A stretch of 64,000 nt of DNA from a virus (Duplodnaviria > Heunggongvirae > Uroviricota > Caudoviricetes), in IMG/VR virus record IMGVR_UViG_3300037454_000941, positions 138,063 through 202,062 of that record; one strand, written 5' to 3'. Both the position numbers and the translations under genes were made by a program. How positions within the stretch are numbered: the stretch's first letter is position 1; each line of letters opens with the position of its first letter. The notes under the pieces were generated by a model. That model did not search any database and had not been told where the DNA came from. It worked only from the letters and a program-made list of their open reading frames with translations. This document shows positions 34,195 through 43,156 of this stretch, piece by piece.

Positions 34195-34718
34195 AGAAGA
34201 TCCTCGAATTCATTGCCCTAAATGGCTATGATGCCGTCACCAAGGCAAATGAGGGAATTGATTCCATCAAGAAGTGGCAGCAAGTATCCATTGACGAGAT
34301 TCACCAGTTTGCATCCGTAATCAAGCGAATTGAGGAACCCGCCGTCAGGAAGATGTTGAAATCCGAGCTGCATTCCAGAAAGTTGCTTTACAAGAATTCC
34401 CTGCGGGCTATGATGAAGCGGCGCAGATTCTACAAGGCCGTGAAGGACTTCTTCTCATGGCAGCAGTATACCTATTATAGGCAATGCTTCAATATTGCTC
34501 AACCTGACCGGGCAGAACTTGCCGATACGATAGGATGGGAGGAAATATATGGTGATCTCAGGATGTTCATCCTTACCACTCCGTTCAAGCTGTATGGCAA
34601 ACCCATGCAGTTCATTGGACACCGCCTACCGCCTTGGATGGAGACTGCCCTGAAGCTCGATGCGGGATATGAGATCCATGCGGTAAAGTTTATTCCTAAG
34701 GACGAAAATAAGGCATAA
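34170..34718 (+). CDS. hypothetical protein
   Basis: 182-aa ORF. Confidence 0.55.
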   Translation: MEIKVREVEKILEFIALNGYDAVTKANEGIDSIKKWQQVSIDEIHQFASVIKRIEEPAVRKMLKSELHSRKLLYKNSLRAMMKRRRFYKAVKDFFSWQQYTYYRQCFNIAQPDRAELADTIGWEEIYGDLRMFILTTPFKLYGKPMQFIGHRLPPWMETALKLDAGYEIHAVKFIPKDENKA

Positions 34719-34719
34719 C

Positions 34720-35166
34720 ATGGGAATTAACTACTACCTGAAAAAGAAGAACCACCTGGCCGATGCAGCCGCCCGGCATGGCACCGGCCTCCATATCGGA
34801 CAGTCGGCCTACGGATGGGCATTTTCCCTCCACGTGGTACCCGGTATCGCGGAGAACCTGGAAGACTGGAAGGACCTGTGGTCCTCCCGTCCCTTTGTCA
34901 TCGTGGATGAATACGGGAACAAGGTTTCCAAGGAAGAAATGCTGTCCATCGTGACCGAGCGCGGAACCCTGTCACCCGAGCACGAGTATTCCAGCCATAA
35001 ACGTAGGAGCCCGGAAATCCCCAAGGACGAATGGGACAAGGATACGCACCTGCGACGGCATATTCCCGAGGTCAGGGCCGATGAAAGGGGATGCGTGGAA
35101 TATAAGGAATTGAACAAGATCAATTGGGGGTTGGGATATGACCTCCTGGTTGGGGAGTGGAGTTGA
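34720..35166 (+). CDS. hypothetical protein
   Basis: 148-aa ORF. Confidence 0.5.
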   Translation: MGINYYLKKKNHLADAAARHGTGLHIGQSAYGWAFSLHVVPGIAENLEDWKDLWSSRPFVIVDEYGNKVSKEEMLSIVTERGTLSPEHEYSSHKRRSPEIPKDEWDKDTHLRRHIPEVRADERGCVEYKELNKINWGLGYDLLVGEWS

Positions 35167-35168
35167 TT

Positions 35169-35330
35169 ATGGGATATACTGCGAAAGATTTGTATGAAGC
35201 GCTCGGGAAGATGATTGCCGACGGTCATGGCGACAGTTCGGTAAAGACAACGGACCAGGGCGGCAATGAGGGCGATGTTCTTGGGGTGTTCGTCAACGAC
35301 CTCGGCATCGTGGAAATTGAAATTGCATAA
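35169..35330 (+). CDS. hypothetical small protein (53 aa)
   Basis: fills the gap between genes, start 3 nt after previous stop. Confidence 0.3.
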   Translation: MGYTAKDLYEALGKMIADGHGDSSVKTTDQGGNEGDVLGVFVNDLGIVEIEIA

Positions 35331-35342
35331 CAGAGGTACAAC

Positions 35343-36716
35343 ATGGCACAGAAAGTAACCGAAAAGAAGAAACTCTCCCTTGCAATGCCGAACCGCAAGG
35401 GTCGTCGTAAGCCGAGCGCGAAGCTCATCACTCCTGCGGCGGCGAAACAGTATCGCCGCAATGATCCGAATAAATGGTGTGTCGATTACCTCACTAAGAC
35501 CGACACGTATAAATTCGGTATGGCCCAGCTTGTGTTCCACAAGCGCCGCAACGAGCGTTCCTACTGGGAATTCAAGCTCCGCTCCACCGGCGTGGACCTG
35601 ACCCCGTATTTCGACGAAATCAACCGTGAACTCGACCACCTCTGTACCCTCCGGTTTACCGAATGGGAAATCGAGGGCATTCGCAGGGTCATGCCGTGGC
35701 TTTCCGACGATTTTATCGAAAGTCTTAAAGATTTCCAGTTGAAGCGCGAGTATATCCATTGCGAGAAGAACCCGGCATATAACGGTGGGCTCCATATTTG
35801 GGCAGGCACCGCAGACCACAAGTGCATCCCGGCCATTCAGGCGACGTGGTTTGAAATCTATGTCCTCAAAATTATCCAGAACCTCTATTTCGATGACCTC
35901 GAAATTGACTGGGATGCCTCCAAGACGGCCCTGCGCGAAGCGGTCGCCAAGTGGAATGCCGCTCTCCGCCGGGGTGTGAAGTTTACCATTTCCGATTTCG
36001 GTGTCCGTCGTTCCATCGACGATGACTGGAACGAGTACATGGTGAAGTACATGATTGACTGCTGCCCGGCTTTCGTTGGCACATCCAACGTGTACCTGGC
36101 CATCAAGTGCGGCTGCAAGGCAATCGGGACATTTGCTCACGAACTCTATGCACTGTACCAGGGTATCGACACAATCCCCCTGCACCTGACCCAGGCTGCC
36201 GTTCTGAACGACTGGGCCGACGAGTTCCGCGGCAACCTCGGTATCGCGTTGTCCGACAACTTCGGATTCAAGGCGTTCCTCCGCGACTTTGACCGTTACC
36301 TGGCCAAGCTCTATGACGGATGCCGTCATGACTCCGGCGATCCGTTCGTGTGGGGACACATGCTCATCAACCATTACCGCCAGAACAACATCCCGTCCAA
36401 TACGAAGTGCGGATGCTGGTCCGATAGCCTCGACGTTGACCACTCCATCGCGATTGCTACCGAGTTCCACGAGGACATCAATGTCGCGTTCGGTATCGGC
36501 GGTTTTCTCGCTTGCAAGCTCGTACGTTTCAAGGGTGGCAAGACGCGGGATGCCCTCCGCATGATCATGAAGCTCATCATGTCCAATGGCAGATACTCGG
36601 TGAAACTCTCCGACTCTCCGGGCAAGGTGAACTGTCCCGATCCTAAGGTGGTCGAACGTGCGAAGGAAGCCTTCCACTACGAGCCCATTCCAGAAAACAA
36701 GGATGCCCTGGATTAG
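35343..36716 (+). CDS. nicotinate/nicotinamide phosphoribosyltransferase family protein (NadV/PncB-like)
   Basis: NAPRTase-family motifs TDTYKF, FTISDFGVRR (FxxFGxRR), AFVGTSNVYLA (GTSN). Confidence 0.75.
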   Translation: MAQKVTEKKKLSLAMPNRKGRRKPSAKLITPAAAKQYRRNDPNKWCVDYLTKTDTYKFGMAQLVFHKRRNERSYWEFKLRSTGVDLTPYFDEINRELDHLCTLRFTEWEIEGIRRVMPWLSDDFIESLKDFQLKREYIHCEKNPAYNGGLHIWAGTADHKCIPAIQATWFEIYVLKIIQNLYFDDLEIDWDASKTALREAVAKWNAALRRGVKFTISDFGVRRSIDDDWNEYMVKYMIDCCPAFVGTSNVYLAIKCGCKAIGTFAHELYALYQGIDTIPLHLTQAAVLNDWADEFRGNLGIALSDNFGFKAFLRDFDRYLAKLYDGCRHDSGDPFVWGHMLINHYRQNNIPSNTKCGCWSDSLDVDHSIAIATEFHEDINVAFGIGGFLACKLVRFKGGKTRDALRMIMKLIMSNGRYSVKLSDSPGKVNCPDPKVVERAKEAFHYEPIPENKDALD

Positions 36717-36718
36717 CG

Positions 36719-37297
36719 ATGGATATGAAGATGAGCAAGCTCGGGCCGCTGAACGATCTGTTCAGCAAGGACACCGTTACAATCACCTCTCCAGACGGAG
36801 AGGTTGTCCCCATTAAGTCGAACCGTCTCGCCAAGGTTAACCCGGAGAAGGTGGAGGCCCGCAAGGCCCTCGACCGTGCCCGCGAGGCACTGCGCGAAGC
36901 CGAGGAGCACTACCGTTCAGTGTCGAAGGATGACGAGGCTGCCCGCATCAAGGAGCTCGATGACTTCTACCATGGCAAGTGGGCCCTGGAATATGACCGC
37001 ATGTCCATGATGATTGGTGAAGGGCCGATAATCAAGGAAAATTTCACCATTACTAAGGTGGAGAAGGTCACCGGCATCGGCAACGGGTTCGTCTCGGTAA
37101 AGGGCAAGATGCTCCGGGTGGCCGAAAGTGACAAGTGCGATGTCCTTAGCGGTAAGAAGCAACTGGCCCTCTATACGAAGACAGGGAATGACCTCCGTAT
37201 TACCCGTGTTGACCAGGTTCTCACCGAGAACCAGCTCGACAAGACGCTCGACAAGGTACGGAATAACTTCTTCGGCAAGTTGGGTTCTATATGGTAG
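36719..37297 (+). CDS. hypothetical protein
   Basis: 192-aa ORF. Confidence 0.55.
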   Translation: MDMKMSKLGPLNDLFSKDTVTITSPDGEVVPIKSNRLAKVNPEKVEARKALDRAREALREAEEHYRSVSKDDEAARIKELDDFYHGKWALEYDRMSMMIGEGPIIKENFTITKVEKVTGIGNGFVSVKGKMLRVAESDKCDVLSGKKQLALYTKTGNDLRITRVDQVLTENQLDKTLDKVRNNFFGKLGSIW

Positions 37298-37608
37298 ACG
37301 AGGTATCCCTGTGTCCAATCAACTGGTCCGAATACCAGGGCAAGGTGGACGAAGCACTTGGAATCATATATGATTCCGGTCTCGACAAGGATACCAAGGA
37401 GAAAATCCGGGAACTCATCGAGGTGGAACGGATATGTGGACATCCGGATCCCGATCCGGCAACGGGCTGCCTGGTCGCCAGGAACGTTACCTGGGCCGAC
37501 GCACTCAACTACGTGGATGCGCTTGCGCCATCAACGGCATCCATTCCGGAAGTTGACTGGCTTCGTGCGCAGGTAAGGAAGCTAGTTGATGGAACTGTGC
37601 TGGAGTAG
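37291..37608 (+). CDS. hypothetical protein
   Basis: 105-aa ORF. Confidence 0.45.
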   Translation: MVDEVSLCPINWSEYQGKVDEALGIIYDSGLDKDTKEKIRELIEVERICGHPDPDPATGCLVARNVTWADALNYVDALAPSTASIPEVDWLRAQVRKLVDGTVLE

Positions 37609-37692
37609 AATCATACAGCTATTTGAATTCCTAATTCAACTGCATAACGTACAATACCGCAAGCCGCCCTTTTCGGGGCGGCTTTCTGCTCA

Positions 37693-38103
37693 TTATGCGG
37701 ATAGGCAGGCTACCGAATCTTTCCGGTTGGTTACCGGACGTACTCGGACGAATCCGGTGGATGTGTTGGCGCTCGTGCATTTGCTGCCGCCACCGCCGGC
37801 CTCCAGCATGAGTCCATTGCCCAGGGCAACCGCGACGTGAGTTATTTTCTTGGTCGATTGCCCAAAGAACAGCAGGTCACCGTCCTTGGCTTTCGATACA
37901 GGGATGGATTTCCACTTGGCTTTTTTGGTGAAATGATCGTAAATTCCTTGGGATGTGACATCCGGGCCGGAATAGATTCCTAGTGCCCAGAGACCTTCCA
38001 GTACCAGGCCAGAACAGTCGAATCCGGCGGAGCCTCCGCTTCCGTTCCCGCACCAGATATACGGTCGCCCAATGAAGTGTGTCAAGTATTCGGTAAGTGT
38101 CAT
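37693..38103 (-). CDS. NlpC/P60-family cell-wall peptidase (endolysin candidate)
   Basis: Cys-His catalytic pattern GFDCSGLV ... ITHVAVALG. Confidence 0.7.
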   Translation of the reverse strand: MTLTEYLTHFIGRPYIWCGNGSGGSAGFDCSGLVLEGLWALGIYSGPDVTSQGIYDHFTKKAKWKSIPVSKAKDGDLLFFGQSTKKITHVAVALGNGLMLEAGGGGSKCTSANTSTGFVRVRPVTNRKDSVACLSA

Positions 38104-38170
38104 TTTAACTCCGCGTTTCGCGAAGTTTTATAAGAACGGCGCACCCCGGTAGAGGGGTGCGCCGAGGATG

Positions 38171-38401
38171 CTATTCGGCAGTTTCCATCACCTTGACGGC
38201 CTTCGGGGATTGCTCCCCGTCGGCAACCTCGGTAATGGGGCCGAACATGGCCAGTGTCTCTATGGTCTTATGAACCCCATCGAGGAGGCGACGGGAGGAA
38301 ATCCTGCCCTCCGCCTGGTCAATTTCGTCCATGAGGTCCTCGAGATGCCTGGTCAGCGCGCACTTGGCGCGTTCCAACGCTGCTTTCATGGTATCCGTCA
38401 T
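38171..38401 (-). CDS. hypothetical protein (lysis cluster)
   Basis: 76-aa ORF in minus-strand cluster. Confidence 0.4.
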   Translation of the reverse strand: MTDTMKAALERAKCALTRHLEDLMDEIDQAEGRISSRRLLDGVHKTIETLAMFGPITEVADGEQSPKAVKVMETAE

Positions 38402-38730
38402 TGTACCACCTCCGAACCCTGCATCTTCGCGACCAGCGCGGCGGCATCATCGGAAGTGAACGTGAATCCGAAGTAGGAGATTTTGGGCACGTTCCGGAAC
38501 GCTTCGTCGAGCGCGAGCCTGAGGAGGTCGACGTTGACTTCGCCATTACTCACGATGCCCGCCATTTCGAGCCACGGCTTCACCTTGTTCACCAGGACAG
38601 CCGGATTGTTCTTCAGGGCGCCGAGGGCCGCGAAACCGAGGAAACGGTCGCCCATTTTCTGGATAGAAGACACGTTGTCGGCCATGAACCCGATGAACCC
38701 GTCAACCGCCTTGTCAATCGTTATATGCAT
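38398..38730 (-). CDS. hypothetical protein (lysis cluster)
   Basis: 110-aa ORF. Confidence 0.45.
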   Translation of the reverse strand: MHITIDKAVDGFIGFMADNVSSIQKMGDRFLGFAALGALKNNPAVLVNKVKPWLEMAGIVSNGEVNVDLLRLALDEAFRNVPKISYFGFTFTSDDAAALVAKMQGSEVVQ

Positions 38731-38740
38731 GGGTTACTCC

Positions 38741-39232
38741 TTAGCCATTGCTGGACGTGCTGGAAGTTGGAGTGGTTACCGTGCCGCCCTGCGTGGTGAC
38801 CGCTGCAGGAGGGAACGGGCTGACGAAAGCCGGTCCCCAACCGGGGGCGACGTTGCCATTCGGGATCATAGGCTGGACCAACCTGTTGACGGTGTTGCTC
38901 ACACAGCCGATCTGCTGCATGAGGATCTGCTCGCGGAGGGGTTCCGCAACCTCGATGGCCGCGACGCGCTGCTTCAGGTCCCCGACCTCGCGGGAGAGGA
39001 CCTTGATCTCGCCATCAGCGTAGCGTTCAGCCTTCAACTGGGCAATTTCGGTGTCCTTGGCGGAAAGCTGGTAACCGGCGGTGGCCGTCGGGTTGGAATT
39101 CCCGAATATGCCGCCGAGGTTGCCGCCACCGAGGATACCCGATGCCAGCGTGGTGCCGATGATGCCGAGCGTGAGCCCGGCGTTTCCTACACCCTTGGAA
39201 GTGAAGGAGTCGTTGTCATTGTATGTTGCCAT
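38741..39232 (-). CDS. hypothetical Gly-rich / coiled-coil protein (possible holin or spanin-like)
   Basis: Gly-rich N-terminal segment then coiled coil; first in the minus-strand cluster. Confidence 0.45.
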   Translation of the reverse strand: MATYNDNDSFTSKGVGNAGLTLGIIGTTLASGILGGGNLGGIFGNSNPTATAGYQLSAKDTEIAQLKAERYADGEIKVLSREVGDLKQRVAAIEVAEPLREQILMQQIGCVSNTVNRLVQPMIPNGNVAPGWGPAFVSPFPPAAVTTQGGTVTTPTSSTSSNG

Positions 39233-39436
39233 ATCGTACCTCTTGGTAAATGGTGAGCTGAAGTGCCCACACGTTAACTTGTTTATAAATGGCATTGCAT
39301 ACAACGTAATCAATTTTTGTTATCTTGTATGTAACTGAGTGGAGAAATGGCGTTAATTTGTTTAAAATGCCCATTTTTAGTATTTTTGTTAAATTATATT
39401 TACATTGTATTTTCGGTCCTTCCCTACAAAAAATGT

Positions 39437-39673
39437 ATGAAAAGAGCTAATTTTAATGTCGCTGTGGCAATCCAGTCACAGTATAACCCGAGGCCACCTA
39501 TGGTAAAGATGACCTTTTTAAATGCAGATGTCTATCCACCGGTCCCCGAGACAGTGGATGTTCCCGACCACCTTGTAGAATCGCTGCGTGACGTAGTGTA
39601 CATATGCGACGATCCGAGTGACTACATCGAGCCGTACCCTTATGACTGGATTGACTACGACGATAACGTCTAA
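39437..39673 (+). CDS. hypothetical protein
   Basis: 78-aa ORF after AT-rich divergent region. Confidence 0.4.
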   Translation: MKRANFNVAVAIQSQYNPRPPMVKMTFLNADVYPPVPETVDVPDHLVESLRDVVYICDDPSDYIEPYPYDWIDYDDNV

Positions 39674-39680
39674 TCAAGCG

Positions 39681-39706
39681 GCCCGGGTTCCAACCCGGGC
39701 TTTTTT
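39681..39706 (+). terminator. Rho-independent terminator
   Basis: GCCCGGG-TTCCAA-CCCGGGC + TTTTTT. Confidence 0.7.
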
Positions 39707-39732
39707 GTGCCCGGTTGCCGGTGCCGTAATTT

Positions 39733-39744
39733 TTTGCTATATTC
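39733..39744 (+). promoter_or_regulatory. extended -10 promoter motif (TTTGCTATATTC)
   Basis: precedes small ORF 39784. Confidence 0.5.
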
Positions 39745-39783
39745 GGAGCCGTAGATTACAGTGAGCCCAACGGAGGTAATGGC

Positions 39784-39957
39784 ATGAGGCGAATCGCAGT
39801 GAAACTGGTATACATTGGGTCGGACGGCAAGAATCGTTCCCATCGTTATGGGATACCCATGGCCAAAGTCAATCGCTCGAGTGAGCTGATGAAGGAACAT
39901 TGCTCTAAGATGGGCTGGACATTCGTATCCTGTACGGTCGCAGGTTCGGAAAATTAG
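39784..39957 (+). CDS. hypothetical small protein (57 aa)
   Basis: ORF between promoter motif and the next SD-led gene. Confidence 0.3.
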   Translation: MRRIAVKLVYIGSDGKNRSHRYGIPMAKVNRSSELMKEHCSKMGWTFVSCTVAGSEN

Positions 39958-39966
39958 GAGGAAGAT

Positions 39967-40236
39967 ATGAAGAAAATTATTCTGACCATTGCAATCATGG
40001 CTGCGTGTGCCTTCGCTGACACTAAGGGTGAGTTCGAGCTGAAGGTTGAACAGCATAACTGCCGTGTTGAACGGTGGCTTGAAAACGACTACGAAAGCGG
40101 GGTGAAATGGCGATATTATGCAAAAGTGGCCTGCGCGGATACTGCCCGTATGCCCATGCGCATCGCCGGCTTGAAGTTCCTGGATGTGTCCATGAACCTG
40201 AAGGGCGAATACATCTACACTTATGGAGATGAATAA
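39967..40236 (+). CDS. small secreted protein (signal peptide)
   Basis: AGGAGGAAGATATG RBS; N-terminal MKKIILTIAIMAACAFA signal peptide; paralog at 49283. Confidence 0.55.
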   Translation: MKKIILTIAIMAACAFADTKGEFELKVEQHNCRVERWLENDYESGVKWRYYAKVACADTARMPMRIAGLKFLDVSMNLKGEYIYTYGDE

Positions 40237-40832
40237 TGCGCCGCCTCTTCATTATCAGGAAGGACCTGAACCTGGCGCCGGGCAAGCTGGCTGCCATGGT
40301 CGCCCATTGCGCCGAGGGGTACTGGATTAACCTGCTCATGACATATGCTCGCCTGGGAGGTATCCAGGACAACGAGTTTGACACGTTGCCGGTCGGAACG
40401 GATGATGATCCGAACTACTGGATGCTCTACCGCCACCCGGCTCTGAGCAAGGCTGCCCGGGAAGCGCATGAACGTGGCGAGAAGGAGTTCAGGTGGAGGA
40501 GAATGGATGCAAGGCCGAGCGTGACGGTGGCGATGGAGATCCCGAAGGACATTTGGAATGACTATGTGAACGGCATCTTCACCAAGACCATATGCGAGGC
40601 CAGGAACCTGAATCACCTGATGAAGGTGGTGGACCTTGCCAAGCAGGCCGGCATGGTTGAAGGGATTGATTACGGTTTCATCGACGATGCCTGCAAGACT
40701 GACCTTACGCCGGAGTTTACCGACGAGAACGGTCAGGGACGTTGCAGGGTAGGCATCTGGTTCAAACCGCTGTCCGACGAGACCAGCCACGTCCTGAGCA
40801 AGAAGTATCAGTTGTACAAGGGGCGCGAATGA
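40236..40832 (+). CDS. peptidyl-tRNA hydrolase, PTH2-like
   Basis: N-terminal IIRKDLNLAPGKLAAMVAHCAEG resembles PTH2 signature (DLxxGxGKxAAQxxHA). Confidence 0.55.
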   Translation: MRRLFIIRKDLNLAPGKLAAMVAHCAEGYWINLLMTYARLGGIQDNEFDTLPVGTDDDPNYWMLYRHPALSKAAREAHERGEKEFRWRRMDARPSVTVAMEIPKDIWNDYVNGIFTKTICEARNLNHLMKVVDLAKQAGMVEGIDYGFIDDACKTDLTPEFTDENGQGRCRVGIWFKPLSDETSHVLSKKYQLYKGRE

Positions 40833-41023
40833 TGTTCCCCTGTATTGGTATGACGCTGTCCATAATAGATTGCATACTGTTGGGAATCGCCGCGGTGCTG
40901 GGTTACCAGTACGATATTCCGCAGTTGAGTGCCGTCATCGCGGTGCCATTCGTCGCATCGGCCATATGTCTGTGGCGAAACGCTAAGGACTTACGCGACG
41001 AAATCCGAAGAAGGAAGTGTTAG
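40829..41023 (+). CDS. small hydrophobic protein
   Basis: MMFPCIGMTLSIIDCILLGIAAVLG, in-frame with track ORF 40742. Confidence 0.4.
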   Translation: MMFPCIGMTLSIIDCILLGIAAVLGYQYDIPQLSAVIAVPFVASAICLWRNAKDLRDEIRRRKC

Positions 41024-41024
41024 C

Positions 41025-41540
41025 ATGGGCGAAACGGTTGATTTCGAGAAGATTTTCAACATCCTCCGCGATGAATATGGAACATTCATTGGGCTGGCTG
41101 AAGACGGAGGCGAAACGATAAAGATTCGCCGGGACCCGGACGAACCGAGTAAGTGGACATGTACCTTGGTCGCAGACGGGGAGGCGTACGTTAACGGGCA
41201 CTGGATTCCGTTGGATACTGTTACCGGGGCCGACATTGAGTCCATGAAGGCATATGTGTTTGAATGGCTTATCGGGCCGGGCGGTATTCCGAGCGATCGG
41301 GTGTATGAAAACCGGGTGTTCACTGAACAGATTGATACGTGCGACTGCCCGTATATCCCTAGCTTCACTCATATTGCACTTAAGGAACTGCGTCATGACG
41401 CTGCATACCTACTGAAAAATCGCGAATACTTGTCCAAGTTTTTCAGTAACGCGGAGTTAATGCACGCGGCCAGGTTCATGGAAAAACTGGACAAGATACC
41501 CATGGCGCCATTTGTTGAAAAGTTTGCCCGGACCAAGTAA
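41025..41540 (+). CDS. hypothetical protein
   Basis: ATG in-frame with track ORF 40929. Confidence 0.55.
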   Translation: MGETVDFEKIFNILRDEYGTFIGLAEDGGETIKIRRDPDEPSKWTCTLVADGEAYVNGHWIPLDTVTGADIESMKAYVFEWLIGPGGIPSDRVYENRVFTEQIDTCDCPYIPSFTHIALKELRHDAAYLLKNREYLSKFFSNAELMHAARFMEKLDKIPMAPFVEKFARTK

Positions 41541-41564
41541 TTTGGTTGCCAGGCGCCGCATCAT

Positions 41565-41576
41565 TTGCTACATTCG
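41565..41576 (+). promoter_or_regulatory. extended -10 promoter motif (TTTGCTACATTC)
   Basis: about 55 nt upstream of AGGGAGG-led ATG 41633. Confidence 0.45.
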
Positions 41577-41632
41577 GTTAAACGAGATTTCAGGCGAACT
41601 ACGATGTATGATGGTTCGCGCAGGGAGGAAAT

Positions 41633-42163
41633 ATGTCTGAAATGACGAGCAACGAAGAAAAACTCAAGACGCTTGCTAAACGTAAGGATGAGCTGGAAAA
41701 TATGCTGGATATCAGGGAGATTGCGCTAACCAAGGGTATTCCTGATGCAATTCGTCGTCTTACCGAGGTGAGTAAGGAATTGGAGGAACTCGATAGCGAG
41801 TTCAAGGTGATCGCGGCCAAGGAAAAATATGACGGGAAGTGGATCAAGGTTGACGATCGGTCATACGGACACGTTGAAACGGTGTTGAGGTATTGCCCTC
41901 GCGTCGGGAACATGGAATTTGGGAAATACGAAGTGAAGTTCTCCCATTACATCGAACTTTCCAGGCAGCAGTGTTATCTTGCGCTTGACCGAGGCGGGTC
42001 AACATGGCCGATTTCTCTTGATGAAAGTACGGAGACTGTTTCGGTCGGCACAATTCGTCGCATTCTTTCCGAATGGGAAGCCGTGTATGATGAACAGCGT
42101 AAGAAGTTCAAAGCCTCTCTCGACCTGGACATGGGCGATGGGTTGGATGATAACGAGGAATGA
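41633..42163 (+). CDS. hypothetical protein
   Basis: 176-aa ORF. Confidence 0.6.
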   Translation: MSEMTSNEEKLKTLAKRKDELENMLDIREIALTKGIPDAIRRLTEVSKELEELDSEFKVIAAKEKYDGKWIKVDDRSYGHVETVLRYCPRVGNMEFGKYEVKFSHYIELSRQQCYLALDRGGSTWPISLDESTETVSVGTIRRILSEWEAVYDEQRKKFKASLDLDMGDGLDDNEE

Positions 42164-42169
42164 TCACGC

Positions 42170-42616
42170 ATGATTCAAGTATGGGGTTTCGGAAAGGAAG
42201 AACTTGATTCGGTCGAGCAGTTTCGGCACCGGCTGCCTGAGATTGGACGGAAACACATCAAGGTGAACGCATCCATATCGTCCGTGCCTGCTGCGACAGG
42301 GGAGATCAGGCGAATGTTTTGTCGTCCGTTCGAGGATTCGGATGAGTGTGAGCGGTATTACGAATATTCAGTTAGCCTTGGCGAGAGACGGATCGTAGTT
42401 GAAACCGAGGATATCCTGACCCCCAATGGTGCCGGCACATTGCCATCGTTCACCAAGCGCTGCATGGACGCGGTCGACGGGCTGGCAATGCTCGCAACCG
42501 GTGGCGATGAAGAAAAGGCGTTCATCCTACTCGAAGCCGATCGCGAGGCGACTCGGTCATACATTAGGAAAGCCGTTGCATCCATAGTAGGACATGCTAC
42601 GGGCGACAAGACATAA
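42170..42616 (+). CDS. hypothetical protein
   Basis: 148-aa ORF. Confidence 0.5.
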   Translation: MIQVWGFGKEELDSVEQFRHRLPEIGRKHIKVNASISSVPAATGEIRRMFCRPFEDSDECERYYEYSVSLGERRIVVETEDILTPNGAGTLPSFTKRCMDAVDGLAMLATGGDEEKAFILLEADREATRSYIRKAVASIVGHATGDKT

Positions 42617-42685
42617 TAAGCCGTTCGGGAAGTGGCGGCATTCATCGGGTTGCCGCCCGAGCGGCAAAAATTCTATATATTGGAT

Positions 42686-43156
42686 ATGAAGAACATCGCA
42701 AATCATATTTTCCGGAACAAAGTCAGGCTATTCAAGGCAGCGGGCCAGGAACAGCTCGAAGATGCCATTAACGATTTTGGCAAGGAACATGACATCGTGT
42801 CTGTCAATGTGAACGCCAGTGACCACTGTCTGGTTGGAAGCGGCTTCATCCGCCCGTCTGACTACGTATTGGTTTGGTACGCTGCGGTAGTATACCGCTT
42901 TGATGTGACTGAGAAGGAAATCCAGCGGGACATCCAGAAGCATCTCAATGACAAGGTCAGTATCTTAAAGAAAAAACTTGACTCCATGGCCGGGGATTAT
43001 TCCGCCCGTATCGTTATCTTGGGTGGGCGGAGCGAGACTGCTTATATCAAAGAGCAGATTGATGCATATCTGCTTTCCGACGAATACAAGAATACGTGCG
43101 CAATGATTCGCAAGAAGCACGAGGCCGGTATTGATCTCGTGACGAGGGAGGAATAG
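42686..43156 (+). CDS. hypothetical protein
   Basis: ATG in-frame with track ORF 42632. Confidence 0.5.
   Translation: MKNIANHIFRNKVRLFKAAGQEQLEDAINDFGKEHDIVSVNVNASDHCLVGSGFIRPSDYVLVWYAAVVYRFDVTEKEIQRDIQKHLNDKVSILKKKLDSMAGDYSARIVILGGRSETAYIKEQIDAYLLSDEYKNTCAMIRKKHEAGIDLVTREE

Noticed and set aside
34809-36677. Minus-strand ORF 34809-36677 (622 aa) opposite the NAPRTase-family gene
   Set aside because: The plus-strand product has three NAPRTase motifs. The antisense translation is Arg/Val/Gly-rich with no recognisable domain.
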